Part shown: positions 1-15,830 of the stretch, in pieces | How the letters are laid out: each line of letters begins with the position of its first letter | Numbering within the stretch: the stretch's first letter is position 1 | Assembly (NCBI GenBank): GCA_964016885.1 | Contig: OZ024741.1 | Location: forward strand, 40,672,001-40,736,000 | Length of the DNA stretch: 64,000 bases | Source: Eledone cirrhosa | Taxonomy: Eukaryota | Direction of reading: 5' to 3' | Notes under the pieces: generated by a model | The model's database searches: none | Told to the model about the DNA's origin: nothing | What the model saw: the letters and a program-made list of their open reading frames with translations, nothing else | Translations under genes and position numbers: made by a program

Positions 1-719
<719 letters not shown>

Positions 720-1124
720 TTTTAACTCTGATACTGGTTCAGTCTAGTTCAACTGAATTGGTCTGTCCCAGTCATTCATTGAGCAACATCGGTGAAGTTG
801 GCACCCTTAACTCACAGTTGGGTGCGGATGCATTCATGTATATATGTGTGTGTCCGCATGTATCTGTGTGTTTCTAATTATATTGTTAATAACTCCCTCT
901 GGTCGAGCAATCTTTGAAGTGTGGGGACAGCTGGAAGGCTTCCATTACTCATACTTCTCGCCTTCTTCACCACCTCTTCTGCGGCCTCGATATGAATACC
1001 CCCTCCGCCTCCGTGGTATTTTCTTCGGGGTTATAAGAGGCTTAGCTCTGTTTCTCGACCGTTATATCGCGTGACTATCTCCCCCTCCGCCTTTTGGGAT
1101 TCTTTCTCACGTCGTGTAGACGCG

Positions 1125-1308
1125 TTCTTGAGACTAGTAAAATGAGGTATCCTCTTGATAAGTCGGCAGACCTCGCAAGGACTCTATGTCTTTATGATAT
1201 ATTGTTTTTGTTTATGCCACGAAACTACGTAGTCGAGGAATTTAGGAGTAGTTTAGGTATGATACATTTTATTACTAATTATATCTAAATATTTCTTCTC
1301 TCTTCATA

Positions 1309-1314
<6 letters not shown>
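1125..1314 (+). repeat. 190-bp direct repeat, copy 2
   Basis: Identical to 530-719. Confidence 0.97.
1150..1239 (+). ncRNA. Type I hammerhead ribozyme, copy 2; predicted cleavage after C1234
   Basis: Identical to 555-644: core TTGATAA at 1155-1161, GAAA at 1221-1224, GTC at 1232-1234. Confidence 0.8.
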
Positions 1315-1342
<28 letters not shown>

Positions 1343-1354
1343 TATACTATACTA

Positions 1355-1406
<52 letters not shown>

Positions 1407-1408
1407 TA

Positions 1409-1444
<36 letters not shown>

Positions 1445-1446
1445 TA

Positions 1447-1534
<88 letters not shown>

Positions 1535-1586
1535 TATACTATATATATATATATATATATAAATATATATATACTATACTATACTA

Positions 1587-1654
<68 letters not shown>

Positions 1655-1696
1655 TATACTATATATATATATATATATATAAATAAATATATACTA
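1315..1696. repeat. (TA)n microsatellite interrupted by (TACTA)n blocks
   Basis: Read directly. TACTA runs at ~1340, 1404, 1442, 1532, 1572 and 1652. Confidence 0.95.
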
Positions 1697-1770
1697 CCAA
1701 AACTCTGATCTTGATTGCTTGCTTGCACACACTTTCTCTCTCTCTATATATGTTCATATTTGTGTATATA

Positions 1771-1862
1771 CAGGTTGTCCGCCCAAAAATGTATACCCAC
1801 TTTGATTACCTGTACAGGCAATATATATATTAGAATGGTGTATACACTTTTAGGGACCCCGG
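1771..1862 (+). mobile_element. First, divergent monomer resembling a Tc1/mariner-type MITE (TA|CAGGTTGTCC...GGGACCCCGG|TA)
   Basis: TA-flanked, CAGG 5' terminus, imperfect ~25-bp terminal inverted repeats. Family assignment is inferred from terminal motifs. Confidence 0.55.
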
Positions 1863-1961
1863 TATATATATATATGGTGTCCCCGGAAAATGTATACACA
1901 CTTTGATTATCTGTACAGGCAATATATATATTAGAATGGTGTATACATTTTTAGGGACCCC

Positions 1962-1994
<33 letters not shown>

Positions 1995-2280
1995 TGTCCC
2001 CCAAAAATGTATACACACTTTGATTACCCGTACAGGCAATATATATATTAGAATGGTGTATACATTTTTAGGGACCCCGGTATATATATATATATGGTGT
2101 CCCCGGAAAATGTATACACACTTTGATTACCTGTACAGGCAATATATATATTAGAATGGTGTATACATTTTTAGGGACGCCGGTATATATATATGGTGTC
2201 CCCGAAAAATGTATACACACTTTGATTACCTGTACAGGCAATATATATATTAGAATGGTGTATACATTTTTAGGGACCCC

Positions 2281-2333
<53 letters not shown>

Positions 2334-2859
2334 TGTCCCCGAAAAATGTATACACACTTTGATTACCTGTACAGGCAATATATATATTAGAATGGTATAT
2401 ACATTTTTAGGGACCCCGGTATATATATATATATATATATATATGGTGTCCCCGAAAAATGTATACACACTTTGATTACCTGTACAGGCAATATATATAT
2501 TAGAATGGTGTATACATTTTTAGGGACCCCGGTATATATATATATATATATATATGGTGGCCCCGAAAAATGTATACACACATTGATTACCTGTACAGGC
2601 AATATATATATTAGAATGGTGTATACATTTTTAGGGACCCCGGTATATATATATATATATATATATATATGGTGTCCCCAAAAAATGTATACACACTTTG
2701 ATTATCTGTACAGGCAATATATATATTAGAATGGTGTATACATTTTTAGGGACCTCTGTATGTATATATATATATATATATATGGTGTCCCCGAAAAATG
2801 TATACACACTTTGATTATCTGTACAGGCAATATATATATTAGAATGGTGTATACATTTT

Positions 2860-2867
2860 TAGGGATC

Positions 2868-2898
<31 letters not shown>

Positions 2899-2984
2899 GG
2901 TGTCCCCGAAAAATGTATACACACTTTGATTACCTGTACAGGCAATATATATATTAGAATGGTGTATACATTTTTAGGGACCCC

Positions 2985-3047
<63 letters not shown>

Positions 3048-3452
3048 TGTCCCCGAAAAATGTATACACACTTTGATTACCTGTACAGGCAATATATATA
3101 TTAGAATGGTATATACATTTTTAGGGATCCCGGTATATATATATATATATATGGTGGCCCCGAAAAATGTATACACACATTGATTACCTGTACAGGCAAT
3201 ATATATATTAGAATGGTGTATACATTTTTAGGGACCCCGGTATATATATATATGGTGTCCCCAAAAAATGTATACACACTTTGATTATCTGTACAGGCAA
3301 TATATATATTAGAATGGTGTATACATTTTTAGGGACCTCTGTATGTATATATATATATATGTATGGTGTCCCCGAAAAATGTATACACACTTTGATTATC
3401 TGTACAGGCAATATATATATTAGAATGGTGTATACATTTTTAGGGACCTCTG

Positions 3453-3491
<39 letters not shown>

Positions 3492-4025
3492 TGTTCCCGA
3501 AAAATGTATACACACTTTGATTAGCTGTACAGGCAATATATATATTAGAATGGTGTATACATTTTTAGGGACCCCGGTATATATATATATATATATATGG
3601 TGGCCCCGAAAAATGTATACACACATTGATTACCTGTACAGGCAATATATATATTAGAATGGTGTATACATTTTTAGGGACCCCGGTATATATATATATA
3701 TATATATATATGGTGTCCCCAAAAAATGTATACACACTTTGATTATCTGTACAGGCAATATATATATTAGAATGGTGTATACATTTTTAGGGACCTCTGT
3801 ATGTATATATATATATATATATATATGGTGTCCCCGAAAAATGTATACACACTTTGATTATCTGTACAGGCAATATATATATTAGAATGGTGTATACATT
3901 TTTAGGGACCTCTGTATATATATATATATATATATATATGGTGTCCCCGAAAAATGTATACACACTTTGATTACCTGTACAGGCAATATATATATTAGAA
4001 TGGTGTATACATTTTTAGGGACCCC

Positions 4026-4066
<41 letters not shown>

Positions 4067-4481
4067 TGTCCCCGAAAAATGTATACACACTTTGATTACC
4101 TATACAGGCAATATATATATTAGAATGGTATATACATTTTTAGGGACCCCGGTATATATATATATATATATGGTGGCCCCGAAAAATGTATACACACTTT
4201 GATTACCTGTACAGGCAATATATATATTAGAATGGTGTATACATTTTTAGGGACCCCGGTATATATATATATATATATGGTGGCCCCGAAAAATGTATAC
4301 ACACATTGATTACCTGTACAGGCAATATATATATTAGAATGGTGTATACATTTTTAGGGACCCCGGTATATATATATATATATATATATATATGGTGTCC
4401 CCAAAAAATGTATACACACTTTGATTACCTGTACAGGCAATATATATATTAGAATGGTGTATACATTTTTAGGGACCTCTG

Positions 4482-4512
<31 letters not shown>

Positions 4513-4709
4513 TGTGTCCCCGAAAAATGTATACACACTTTGATTATCTGTACAGGCAATATATATATTAGAATGGTGTATACATTTTTAGGGACCCCGG
4601 TATATATATATATATATATATATATGGTGTCCCCAAAAAATGTATACACACTTTGATTACCTGTACAGGCAATATATATATTAGAATGGTGTATACATTT
4701 TTAGGGACC

Positions 4710-4740
<31 letters not shown>

Positions 4741-5156
4741 GGTGTCCCCCAAAAATGTATACACACTTTGATTACCTGTACAGGCAATATATATATCAGA
4801 ATGGTGTATACATTTTTAGGGACTCCGGTATATATATATATGGTGTCCCCGGAAAATGTATACACACTTTGATTACCTGTACAGGCAATATATATATTAG
4901 AATGGTGTATACATTTTTAGGGACCCCGGTATATATATATATATATATAGATATATGGTGTCCCCGAAAAATGTATACACACTTTGATTATCTGTACAGG
5001 CAATATATATATTAGAATGGTGTATACATTTTTAGGGACCCCGGTATATATATATATATATATATATATGGTGTCCCCGAAAAATGTATACACACTTTGA
5101 TTACCTGTACAGGCAATATATATATTCGAATGGTGTATACATTTTTAGGGACCCCC

Positions 5157-5201
<45 letters not shown>

Positions 5202-5506
5202 TATATGGTGTCCCCGAAAAATGTATACACACTTTCATTACCTGTACAGCCAGTATATATATTAGAATGGTGTATAGATTTTTAGGGACCACGGTATATA
5301 TATATATATATGGTGTCCCCGAAAAATGTATACACACGTTGATTACCTGTACAGGCAATATATATATTAGAATGGTGTATACATTTTTAGGGACCCCTGT
5401 ATATATATATATATATATGGTGTCCCCGAAAAATATATACACACTTTGATTACCTGTACAGGCAAGATATATATTAGAATGGTGTATACATTTTTAGGGA
5501 CCTCTG

Positions 5507-5555
<49 letters not shown>

Positions 5556-5641
5556 GGTGTCCCCGAAAAATGTATACACACTTTGATTACCTGTACAGGC
5601 AATATATATATTAGAATGGTGTATAGATTTTTAGGGACCAC

Positions 5642-5710
<69 letters not shown>

Positions 5711-5903
5711 TGTCCCCGAAAAATGTATACACACGTTGATTACCTGTACAGGCAATATATATATTAGAATGGTGTATACGTTTTTAGGGACCCCTGTATA
5801 TATATATATATATATGGTGTCCCCGAAAAATATATACACACTTTGATTACCTGTACAGGCAAGATATATATTAGAATGGTGTATACATTTTTAGGGACCT
5901 CTG

Positions 5904-5960
<57 letters not shown>

Positions 5961-6269
5961 TGTCCCCGAAAAATGTATACACACTTTCATTACCTGTACA
6001 GCCAATATATATATTAGAATGGTGTATAGATTTTTAGGGACCACGGTATATATATATACATATATATATATATATGGTGTCCCCGAAAAATGTATACACA
6101 CGTTGATTACCTGTACAGGCAATATATATATTAGAATGGTGTATACATTTTTAGGGACCCCTGTATATATATATATATATATGGTGTCCCCGAAAAATAT
6201 ATACACACTTTGATTACCTGTACAGGCAAGATATATATTAGAATGGTGTATACATTTTTAGGGACCTCT

Positions 6270-6321
<52 letters not shown>

Positions 6322-6407
6322 GGTGTCCCCGAAAAATGTATACACACTTTCATTACCTGTACAGCCAATATATATATTAGAATGGTGTATAGATTTTTAG
6401 GGACCAC

Positions 6408-6452
<45 letters not shown>

Positions 6453-7193
6453 TGTCCCCGAAAAATGTATACACACGTTGATTACCTGTACAGGCAATAT
6501 ATATATTAGAATGGTGTATACATTTTTAGGGACCCCTGTATATATATATATATATATGGTGTCCCCGAAAAATATATACACACTTTGATTACCTGTACAG
6601 GCAAGATATATATTTGAATGGTGTATACATTTTTAGGGACCTCTGTATATATATATATATATGGTGTCCCCGAAAAATGTATACACACTTTGATTATCTG
6701 TACAGTCAATATATATATTAGAATGGTGTATACATTTTTAGGGACCCCGGTATATATATATATATATGGTGTCCCGTGAAAAATGTATACACACTTTGAT
6801 TACCTGTACAGGCAATATATATATTAGAATGGTGTATACATTTTTAAGGACCCCGGTATATATATATATATATATATATATGGTGTCCCCGACAAATGTA
6901 TACACACTTTGATTACCTGTACAGGCAATATATATATTAGAATGGTGTATACATTTTTAGGGACCCCGGTATATATATATATATATATATATGGTGTCCC
7001 CGAAAAATGTATACACACTTTGATTACCTGTACAGGCAATATATATATTAGAATGGTGTATACATTTTTAGGGACCCCGGTATATATATATATATATATA
7101 TATATATGGTGTCCCCGAAAAATGTATACACACTTTGATTACCTGTACAGGCAATATATATATTAGAATGGTATATACATTTTTAGGGACCCC

Positions 7194-7246
<53 letters not shown>

Positions 7247-7651
7247 TGTCCCCGAAAAATGTATACACACTTTGATTACCTGTACAGGCAATATATATAT
7301 TAGAATGGTGTATACATTTTTAGGGATCCCGGTATATATATATATATATATGGTGGCCCCGAAAAATGTATACACACATTGATTACCTGTACAGGCAATA
7401 TATATATTAGAATGGTGTATACATTTTTAGGGACCCCGGTATATATATATATGGTGTCCCCAAAAAATGTATACACACTTTGATTATCTGTACAGGCAAT
7501 ATATATATTAGAATGGTGTATACATTTTTAGGGACGTCTGTATGTATATATATATATATATATGGTGTCCCCGAAAAATGTATACACACTTTGATTATCT
7601 GTACAGGCAATATATATATTAGAATGGTGTATACATTTTTAGGGACCTCTG

Positions 7652-7683
<32 letters not shown>

Positions 7684-7982
7684 TGGTGTTCCCGAAAAAT
7701 GTATACACACTTTGATTAGCTGTACAGGCAATATATATATCAGAATGGTGTATACATTTTTAGGGACTCCGGTATATATATATATGGTGTCCCCGGAAAA
7801 TGTATACACACTTTGATTACCTGTACAGGCAATATATATATTAGAATGGTGTATACATTTTTAGGGACCCCGGTATATATATATATATATATATGGTGGC
7901 CCCGAAAAATGTATACACACTTTGATTATCTGTACAGGCAATATATATATTAGAATGGTGTATACATTTTTAGGGACCTCTG

Positions 7983-8029
<47 letters not shown>

Positions 8030-8115
8030 GGTGTCCCCGAAAAATGTATACACACTTTCATTACCTGTACAGGCAATATATATATTAGAATGGTGTATAG
8101 ATTTTTAGGGACCAC

Positions 8116-8160
<45 letters not shown>

Positions 8161-8786
8161 TGTCCCCGAAAAATGTATACACACGTTGATTACCTGTACA
8201 GGCAATATATATATTAGAATGGTGTATACATTTTTAGGGACCCCTGTATATATATATATATATATGGTGTCCCCGAAAAATATATACACACTTTGATTAC
8301 CTGTACAGGCAAGATATATATTAGAATGGTGTATACATTTTTAGGGACCTCTGTATATATATATATATATGGTGTCCCCGAAAAATGTATACACACTTTG
8401 ATTATCTGTACAGTCAATATATATATTAGAATGGTGTATACATTTTTAGGGACCCCGGTATATATATATATATGGTGTCCCGTGAAAAATGTATACACAC
8501 TTTGATTACCTGTACAGGCAATATATATATTAGAATGGTGTATACATTTTTAAGGACCCCGGTATATATATATATATATATATATATGGTGTCCCCGACA
8601 AATGTATACACACTTTGATTACCTGTATAGGCAATATATATATTAGAATGATGTATACATTTTTAGGGACCCCGGTATATATATATATATATATATATAT
8701 GGTGTCCCCGAAAAATGTATACACACTTTGATTACCTGTACAGGCAATATATATATTAGAATGGTGTATACATTTTTAGGGACCCC

Positions 8787-8819
<33 letters not shown>

Positions 8820-8903
8820 TGTCCCCGAAAAATGTATACACACTTTGATTACCTGTACAGGCAATATATATATTAGAATGGTATATACATTTTTAGGGAC
8901 CCC

Positions 8904-8956
<53 letters not shown>

Positions 8957-9363
8957 GGTGTCCCCGAAAAATGTATACACACTTTGATTACCTGTACAGG
9001 CAATATATATATTAGAATGGTGTATACATTTTTAGGGATCCCGGTATATATATATATATATATGGTGGCCCCGAAAAATGTATACACACATTGATTACCT
9101 GTACAGGCAATATATATATTAGAATGGTGTATACATTTTTAGGGACCCCGGTATATATATATATGGTGTCCCCAAAAAATGTATACACACTTTGATTATC
9201 TGTACAGGCAATATATATATTAGAATGGTGTATACATTTTTAGGGACCTCTGTATGTATATATATATATATGTATGGTGTCCCCGAAAAATGTATACACA
9301 CTTTGATTATCTGTACAGGCAATATATATATTAGAATGGTGTATACATTTTTAGGGACCTCTG

Positions 9364-9402
<39 letters not shown>

Positions 9403-9936
9403 TGTTCCCGAAAAATGTATACACACTTTGATTAGCTGTACAGGCAATATATATATTAGAATGGTGTATACATTTTTAGGGACCCCGGTATATATATATA
9501 TATATATATGGTGGCCCCGAAAAATGTATACACACATTGATTACCTGTACAGGCAATATATATATTAGAATGGTGTATACATTTTTAGGGACCCCGGTAT
9601 ATATATATATATATATATATATGGTGTCCCCAAAAAATGTATACACACTTTGATTATCTGTACAGGCAATATATATATTAGAATGGTGTATACATTTTTA
9701 GGGACCTCTGTATGTATATATATATATATATATATATGGTGTCCCCGAAAAATGTATACACACTTTGATTATCTGTACAGGCAATATATATATTAGAATG
9801 GTGTATACATTTTTAGGGACCTCTGTATATATATATATATATATATATATGGTGTCCCCGAAAAATGTATACACACTTTGATTACCTGTACAGGCAATAT
9901 ATATATTAGAATGGTGTATACATTTTTAGGGACCCC

Positions 9937-9985
<49 letters not shown>

Positions 9986-10402
9986 TGTCCCCGAAAAATG
10001 TATACACACTTTGATTACCTATACAGGCAATATATATATTAGAATGGTATATACATTTTTAGGGACCCCGGTATATATATATATATATATATGGTGGCCC
10101 CGAAAAATGTATACACACTTTGATTACCTGTACAGGCAATATATATATTAGAATGGTGTATACATTTTTAGGGACCCCGGTATATATATATATATATATG
10201 GTGGCCCCGAAAAATGTATACACACATTGATTACCTGTACAGGCAATATATATATTAGAATGGTGTATACATTTTTAGGGACCCCGGTATATATATATAT
10301 ATATATATATATATGGTGTCCCCAAAAAATGTATACACACTTTGATTACCTGTACAGGCAATATATATATTAGAATGGTGTATACATTTTTAGGGACCTC
10401 TG

Positions 10403-10433
<31 letters not shown>

Positions 10434-10628
10434 TGTGTCCCCGAAAAATGTATACACACTTTGATTATCTGTACAGGCAATATATATATTAGAATGGTGT
10501 ATACATTTTTAGGGACCCCGGTATATATATATATATATATATATGGTGTCCCCAAAAAATGTATACACACTTTGATTACCTGTACAGGCAATATATATAT
10601 TAGAATGGTGTATACATTTTTAGGGACC

Positions 10629-10659
<31 letters not shown>

Positions 10660-11075
10660 GGTGTCCCCCAAAAATGTATACACACTTTGATTACCTGTAC
10701 AGGCAATATATATATCAGAATGGTGTATACATTTTTAGGGACTCCGGTATATATATATATGGTGTCCCCGGAAAATGTATACACACTTTGATTACCTGTA
10801 CAGGCAATATATATATTAGAATGGTGTATACATTTTTAGGGACCCCGGTATATATATATATATATATAGATATATGGTGTCCCCGAAAAATGTATACACA
10901 CTTTGATTATCTGTACAGGCAATATATATATTAGAATGGTGTATACATTTTTAGGGACCCCGGTATATATATATATATATATATATATGGTGTCCCCGAA
11001 AAATGTATACACACTTTGATTACCTGTACAGGCAATATATATATTCGAATGGTGTATACATTTTTAGGGACCCCC

Positions 11076-11120
<45 letters not shown>

Positions 11121-11425
11121 TATATGGTGTCCCCGAAAAATGTATACACACTTTCATTACCTGTACAGCCAGTATATATATTAGAATGGTGTATAGATTT
11201 TTAGGGACCACGGTATATATATATATATATGGTGTCCCCGAAAAATGTATACACACGTTGATTACCTGTACAGGCAATATATATATTAGAATGGTGTATA
11301 CATTTTTAGGGACCCCTGTATATATATATATATATATGGTGTCCCCGAAAAATATATACACACTTTGATTACCTGTACAGGCAAGATATATATTAGAATG
11401 GTGTATACATTTTTAGGGACCTCTG

Positions 11426-11474
<49 letters not shown>

Positions 11475-11560
11475 GGTGTCCCCGAAAAATGTATACACAC
11501 TTTGATTACCTGTACAGGCAATATATATATTAGAATGGTGTATAGATTTTTAGGGACCAC

Positions 11561-11629
<69 letters not shown>

Positions 11630-11824
11630 TGTCCCCGAAAAATGTATACACACGTTGATTACCTGTACAGGCAATATATATATTAGAATGGTGTATACGT
11701 TTTTAGGGACCCCTGTATATATATATATATATATATGGTGTCCCCGAAAAATATATACACACTTTGATTACCTGTACAGGCAAGATATATATTAGAATGG
11801 TGTATACATTTTTAGGGACCTCTG

Positions 11825-11881
<57 letters not shown>

Positions 11882-12190
11882 TGTCCCCGAAAAATGTATA
11901 CACACTTTCATTACCTGTACAGCCAATATATATATTAGAATGGTGTATAGATTTTTAGGGACCACGGTATATATATATACATATATATATATATATGGTG
12001 TCCCCGAAAAATGTATACACACGTTGATTACCTGTACAGGCAATATATATATTAGAATGGTGTATACATTTTTAGGGACCCCTGTATATATATATATATA
12101 TATGGTGTCCCCGAAAAATATATACACACTTTGATTACCTGTACAGGCAAGATATATATTAGAATGGTGTATACATTTTTAGGGACCTCT

Positions 12191-12242
<52 letters not shown>

Positions 12243-12328
12243 GGTGTCCCCGAAAAATGTATACACACTTTCATTACCTGTACAGCCAATATATATATTA
12301 GAATGGTGTATAGATTTTTAGGGACCAC

Positions 12329-12371
<43 letters not shown>

Positions 12372-12800
12372 TGTCCCCGAAAAATGTATACACACGTTGA
12401 TTACCTGTACAGGCAATATATATATTAGAATGGTGTATACATTTTTAGGGACCCCTGTATATATATATATATATATGGTGTCCCCGAAAAGTATATACAC
12501 ACTTTGATTACCTGTACAGGCAAGATATATATTTGAATGGTGTATACATTTTTAGGGACCTCTGTATATATATATATATATGGTGTCCCCGAAAAATGTA
12601 TACACACTTTGATTATCTGTACAGTCAATATATATATTAGAATGGTGTATACATTTTTAGGGACCCCGGTATATATATATATATATGGTGTCCCGTGAAA
12701 AATGTATACACACTTTGATTACCTGTACAGGCAATATATATATTAGAATGGTGTATACATTTTTAGGGACCCCGGTATATATATATATATATATATATAT
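2860..12800 (+). repeat. ~5.9-kb-offset duplication (~2.86-6.85 kb versus ~8.77-12.75 kb; boundaries approximate)
   Basis: Identical ORF-track translations at offsets 5911-5921 (3208/9119, 5012/10931, 6506/12425). Confidence 0.9.
5217..6660 (+). repeat. Trimeric higher-order repeat, ~4 copies of ~340-400 bp (repeated again at ~11135-12580)
   Basis: Cycling diagnostic variants: TAGATTTTT..GACCACGG, then ACACGTTG..GACCCCTG, then AAAATATATAC..CAAGATAT..GACCTCTG. Confidence 0.85.
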
Positions 12801-12888
12801 ATGGTGTCCCCGAAAAATGTATACACACTTTGATTACCTGTACAGGCAATATATATATTAGAATGGTATATACATTTTTAGGGACCCC

Positions 12889-12925
<37 letters not shown>

Positions 12926-13118
12926 TGTCCCCGAAAAATGTATACACACTTTGATTACCTGTACAGGCAATATATATATTAGAATGGTGTATACATTTTT
13001 AGGGATCCCGGTATATATATATATATATATGGTGGCCCCGAAAAATGTATACACACTTTGATTATCTGTACAGGCAATATATATATTAGAATGGTGTATA
13101 CATTTTTAGGGACCTCTG

Positions 13119-13149
<31 letters not shown>

Positions 13150-15790
13150 GGTGTTCCCGAAAAATGTATACACACTTTGATTAGCTGTACAGGCAATATA
13201 TATATCAGAATGGTGTATACATTTTTAGGGACTCCGGTATATATATATATGGTGTCCCCGGAAAATGTATACACACTTTGATTACCTGTACAGGCAATAT
13301 ATATATTAGAATGGTGTATACATTTTTAGGGACCCCGGTATATATATATATATATATATGGTGTCCCCGAAAAATGTATACACACTTTGATTATCTGTAT
13401 AGGCAATATATATATTAGAATGGTGTATACATTTTTAGGGACCCCGGTATATATATATATGATGTCCCCGAAAAATGTATACACACTTTGATTACCTGTA
13501 CAGGCAATATATATATTAGAATGGTGTATACCTTTTTAGGGACCCCGGTATATATATATATATGGTGTCCCCGAAAAATGTATACACACTTTGATTACCT
13601 GTACAGGCAATATATATATTAGAATGGTGTATACATTTTTAGGGACCCCGGTATATATATATATGGTGTCACCGAAAAATGTATACACACTTTGATTATC
13701 TGTACAGGCAATATATATATTAGAACGGTGTATACATTTTTAGGGACCCCTGTATATATATATATATATATATATATGGTGTCCCCGAAAAATATATACA
13801 CACTTTGATTACCTGTACAGGCAAGATATATATTAGAATGGTGTATACATTTTTAGGGACCTCTGTATATATATATATATATGGTGTCCCCGAAAAATGT
13901 ATACACACTTTGATTATCTGTACAGGCAATATATATATTAGAATGGTGTATATATTTTTAGGGACTCCGGTATATATATATATATGGTGTCCCCGAAAAA
14001 TGTATACACACTTTGATTATCTGTACAGGCAATATATATATTAGAATGGTGTATACATTTTTAGGGACAACGGTATATATATATATATGGTGTCCCCGAC
14101 AAATGTGTACACACTTTGATTACCTGTACAGGCAATATATATATTAGAATGGTGTATACATTTTTAGGGACCCCGGTATATATATATATATATATATATG
14201 GTGTCCCCGAAAATGTATACACACTTTGATTATCTGTACAGGCAATATATATATTAGAATGGTGTATACATTTTTAGGGACCTCGGTATATATATATATA
14301 TATATATGGTGTCCCCGAAAAATGTATACACACTTTGATTACCTGTACAGGCAATATATATATTAGAATGGTGTATACATTTTTAGGGACCCCGGTATAT
14401 ATATATATATATATATATATATGGTGTCCCCGAAAATGTATACACACTTTGATTATCTGTACAGGCAATATATATATTAGAATGGTGTATACATTTTTAG
14501 GGACCCCGGTATATATATATATGGTGTGCCCGAAAAATGTATACACACTTTGATTACCTGTACAGGCAATATATATATTAGAAAGGTGTATACATTTATA
14601 GGGACCCCGGTATATATATATGGTGTCCCCGAAAAATGTATACACACTTTCATTACCTGTACAGGCAATATATATATTAGAATGGTGTATACATTTTTAG
14701 GGACCCCGGTATATATATATATATATATGGTGTCCCCGAAAAATGTATACACACTTTGATTATCTGTACAGGCAATATATATATTAGAATGGTGTATACA
14801 TTTTTAGGGACTCCGGTATATATATATATATGGCGTCCCCGGAAAATGTATACACACTTTGATTACCTGTACAGGCAATATATATATTAGAATGGAGTAT
14901 ACATTTTTAGGGACCTCGGTATATATATATATATATATATGGTGTCCCCGAAAAATGTATACACACTTTGATTACCTGTACAGGCAATATATATATTAGA
15001 ATGGTGTATACATTTTTAGGGACTCCGGTATATATATATATGGTGTCCCCGGAAAATGTATACACACTTTGATTACCTGTACAGGCAATATATATATTCG
15101 AATGGTGTATACATTTTTAGGGACTCCGGTATATATATATATGGTGTCCCCCAAAAATGTATACGCACTTTGATTACCTGTACAGGCAATATATATATTA
15201 GAAAGGTGTATACATTTATAGGGACCCCGGTATATATATATATATATGGTGTCCCCGAAAAATGTATACACACTTTGATTACCTGTACAGGCAATATATA
15301 TATTAGAATGGTGTATACATTTTTAGGGACTCCGGTATATATATATATGGTGTCCCCGGAAAATGTATACACACTTTGATTACCTGTACAGGCAATATAT
15401 ATATTAGAATGGTGTATACATTTTTAGGGACACCGGTATATATATATATATGGTGTCCCCGGAAAATGTATACACACTTTGATTATCTGTAGAGGCAATA
15501 TATATATTAGAATGGTGTATACATTTTTAGGGACCCCGGTATATATATATACATATATATATGGTGTCCCCGAAAAATGTATACACACTTTGTATATGGT
15601 GTCCCCTGAAAAATGTATACACACTTTGATTACCTGTACAGGCAATATATATATTAGAATGGTGTATACATTTTTAGGGACCCCGGTATATATATATATA
15701 TATGGTGTCCCTGAAAAATGTATACACACTTTGATTACCTGTACAGGCAATATATATATTAGGATGGTGTATACATTGTTAGGGACCCCC

Positions 15791-15830
<40 letters not shown>

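Noticed and set aside
844-1074. 76-aa ORF inside the element, considered as a possible Penelope GIY-YIG C-terminal remnant
   Set aside because: It is short with no recognisable RT or endonuclease motifs. A tBLASTn/HMM search would be needed to exclude it fully.
1340-1660. TACTA runs as a telomeric repeat
   Set aside because: They are short, interspersed in (TA)n and do not match G-rich telomere motifs.
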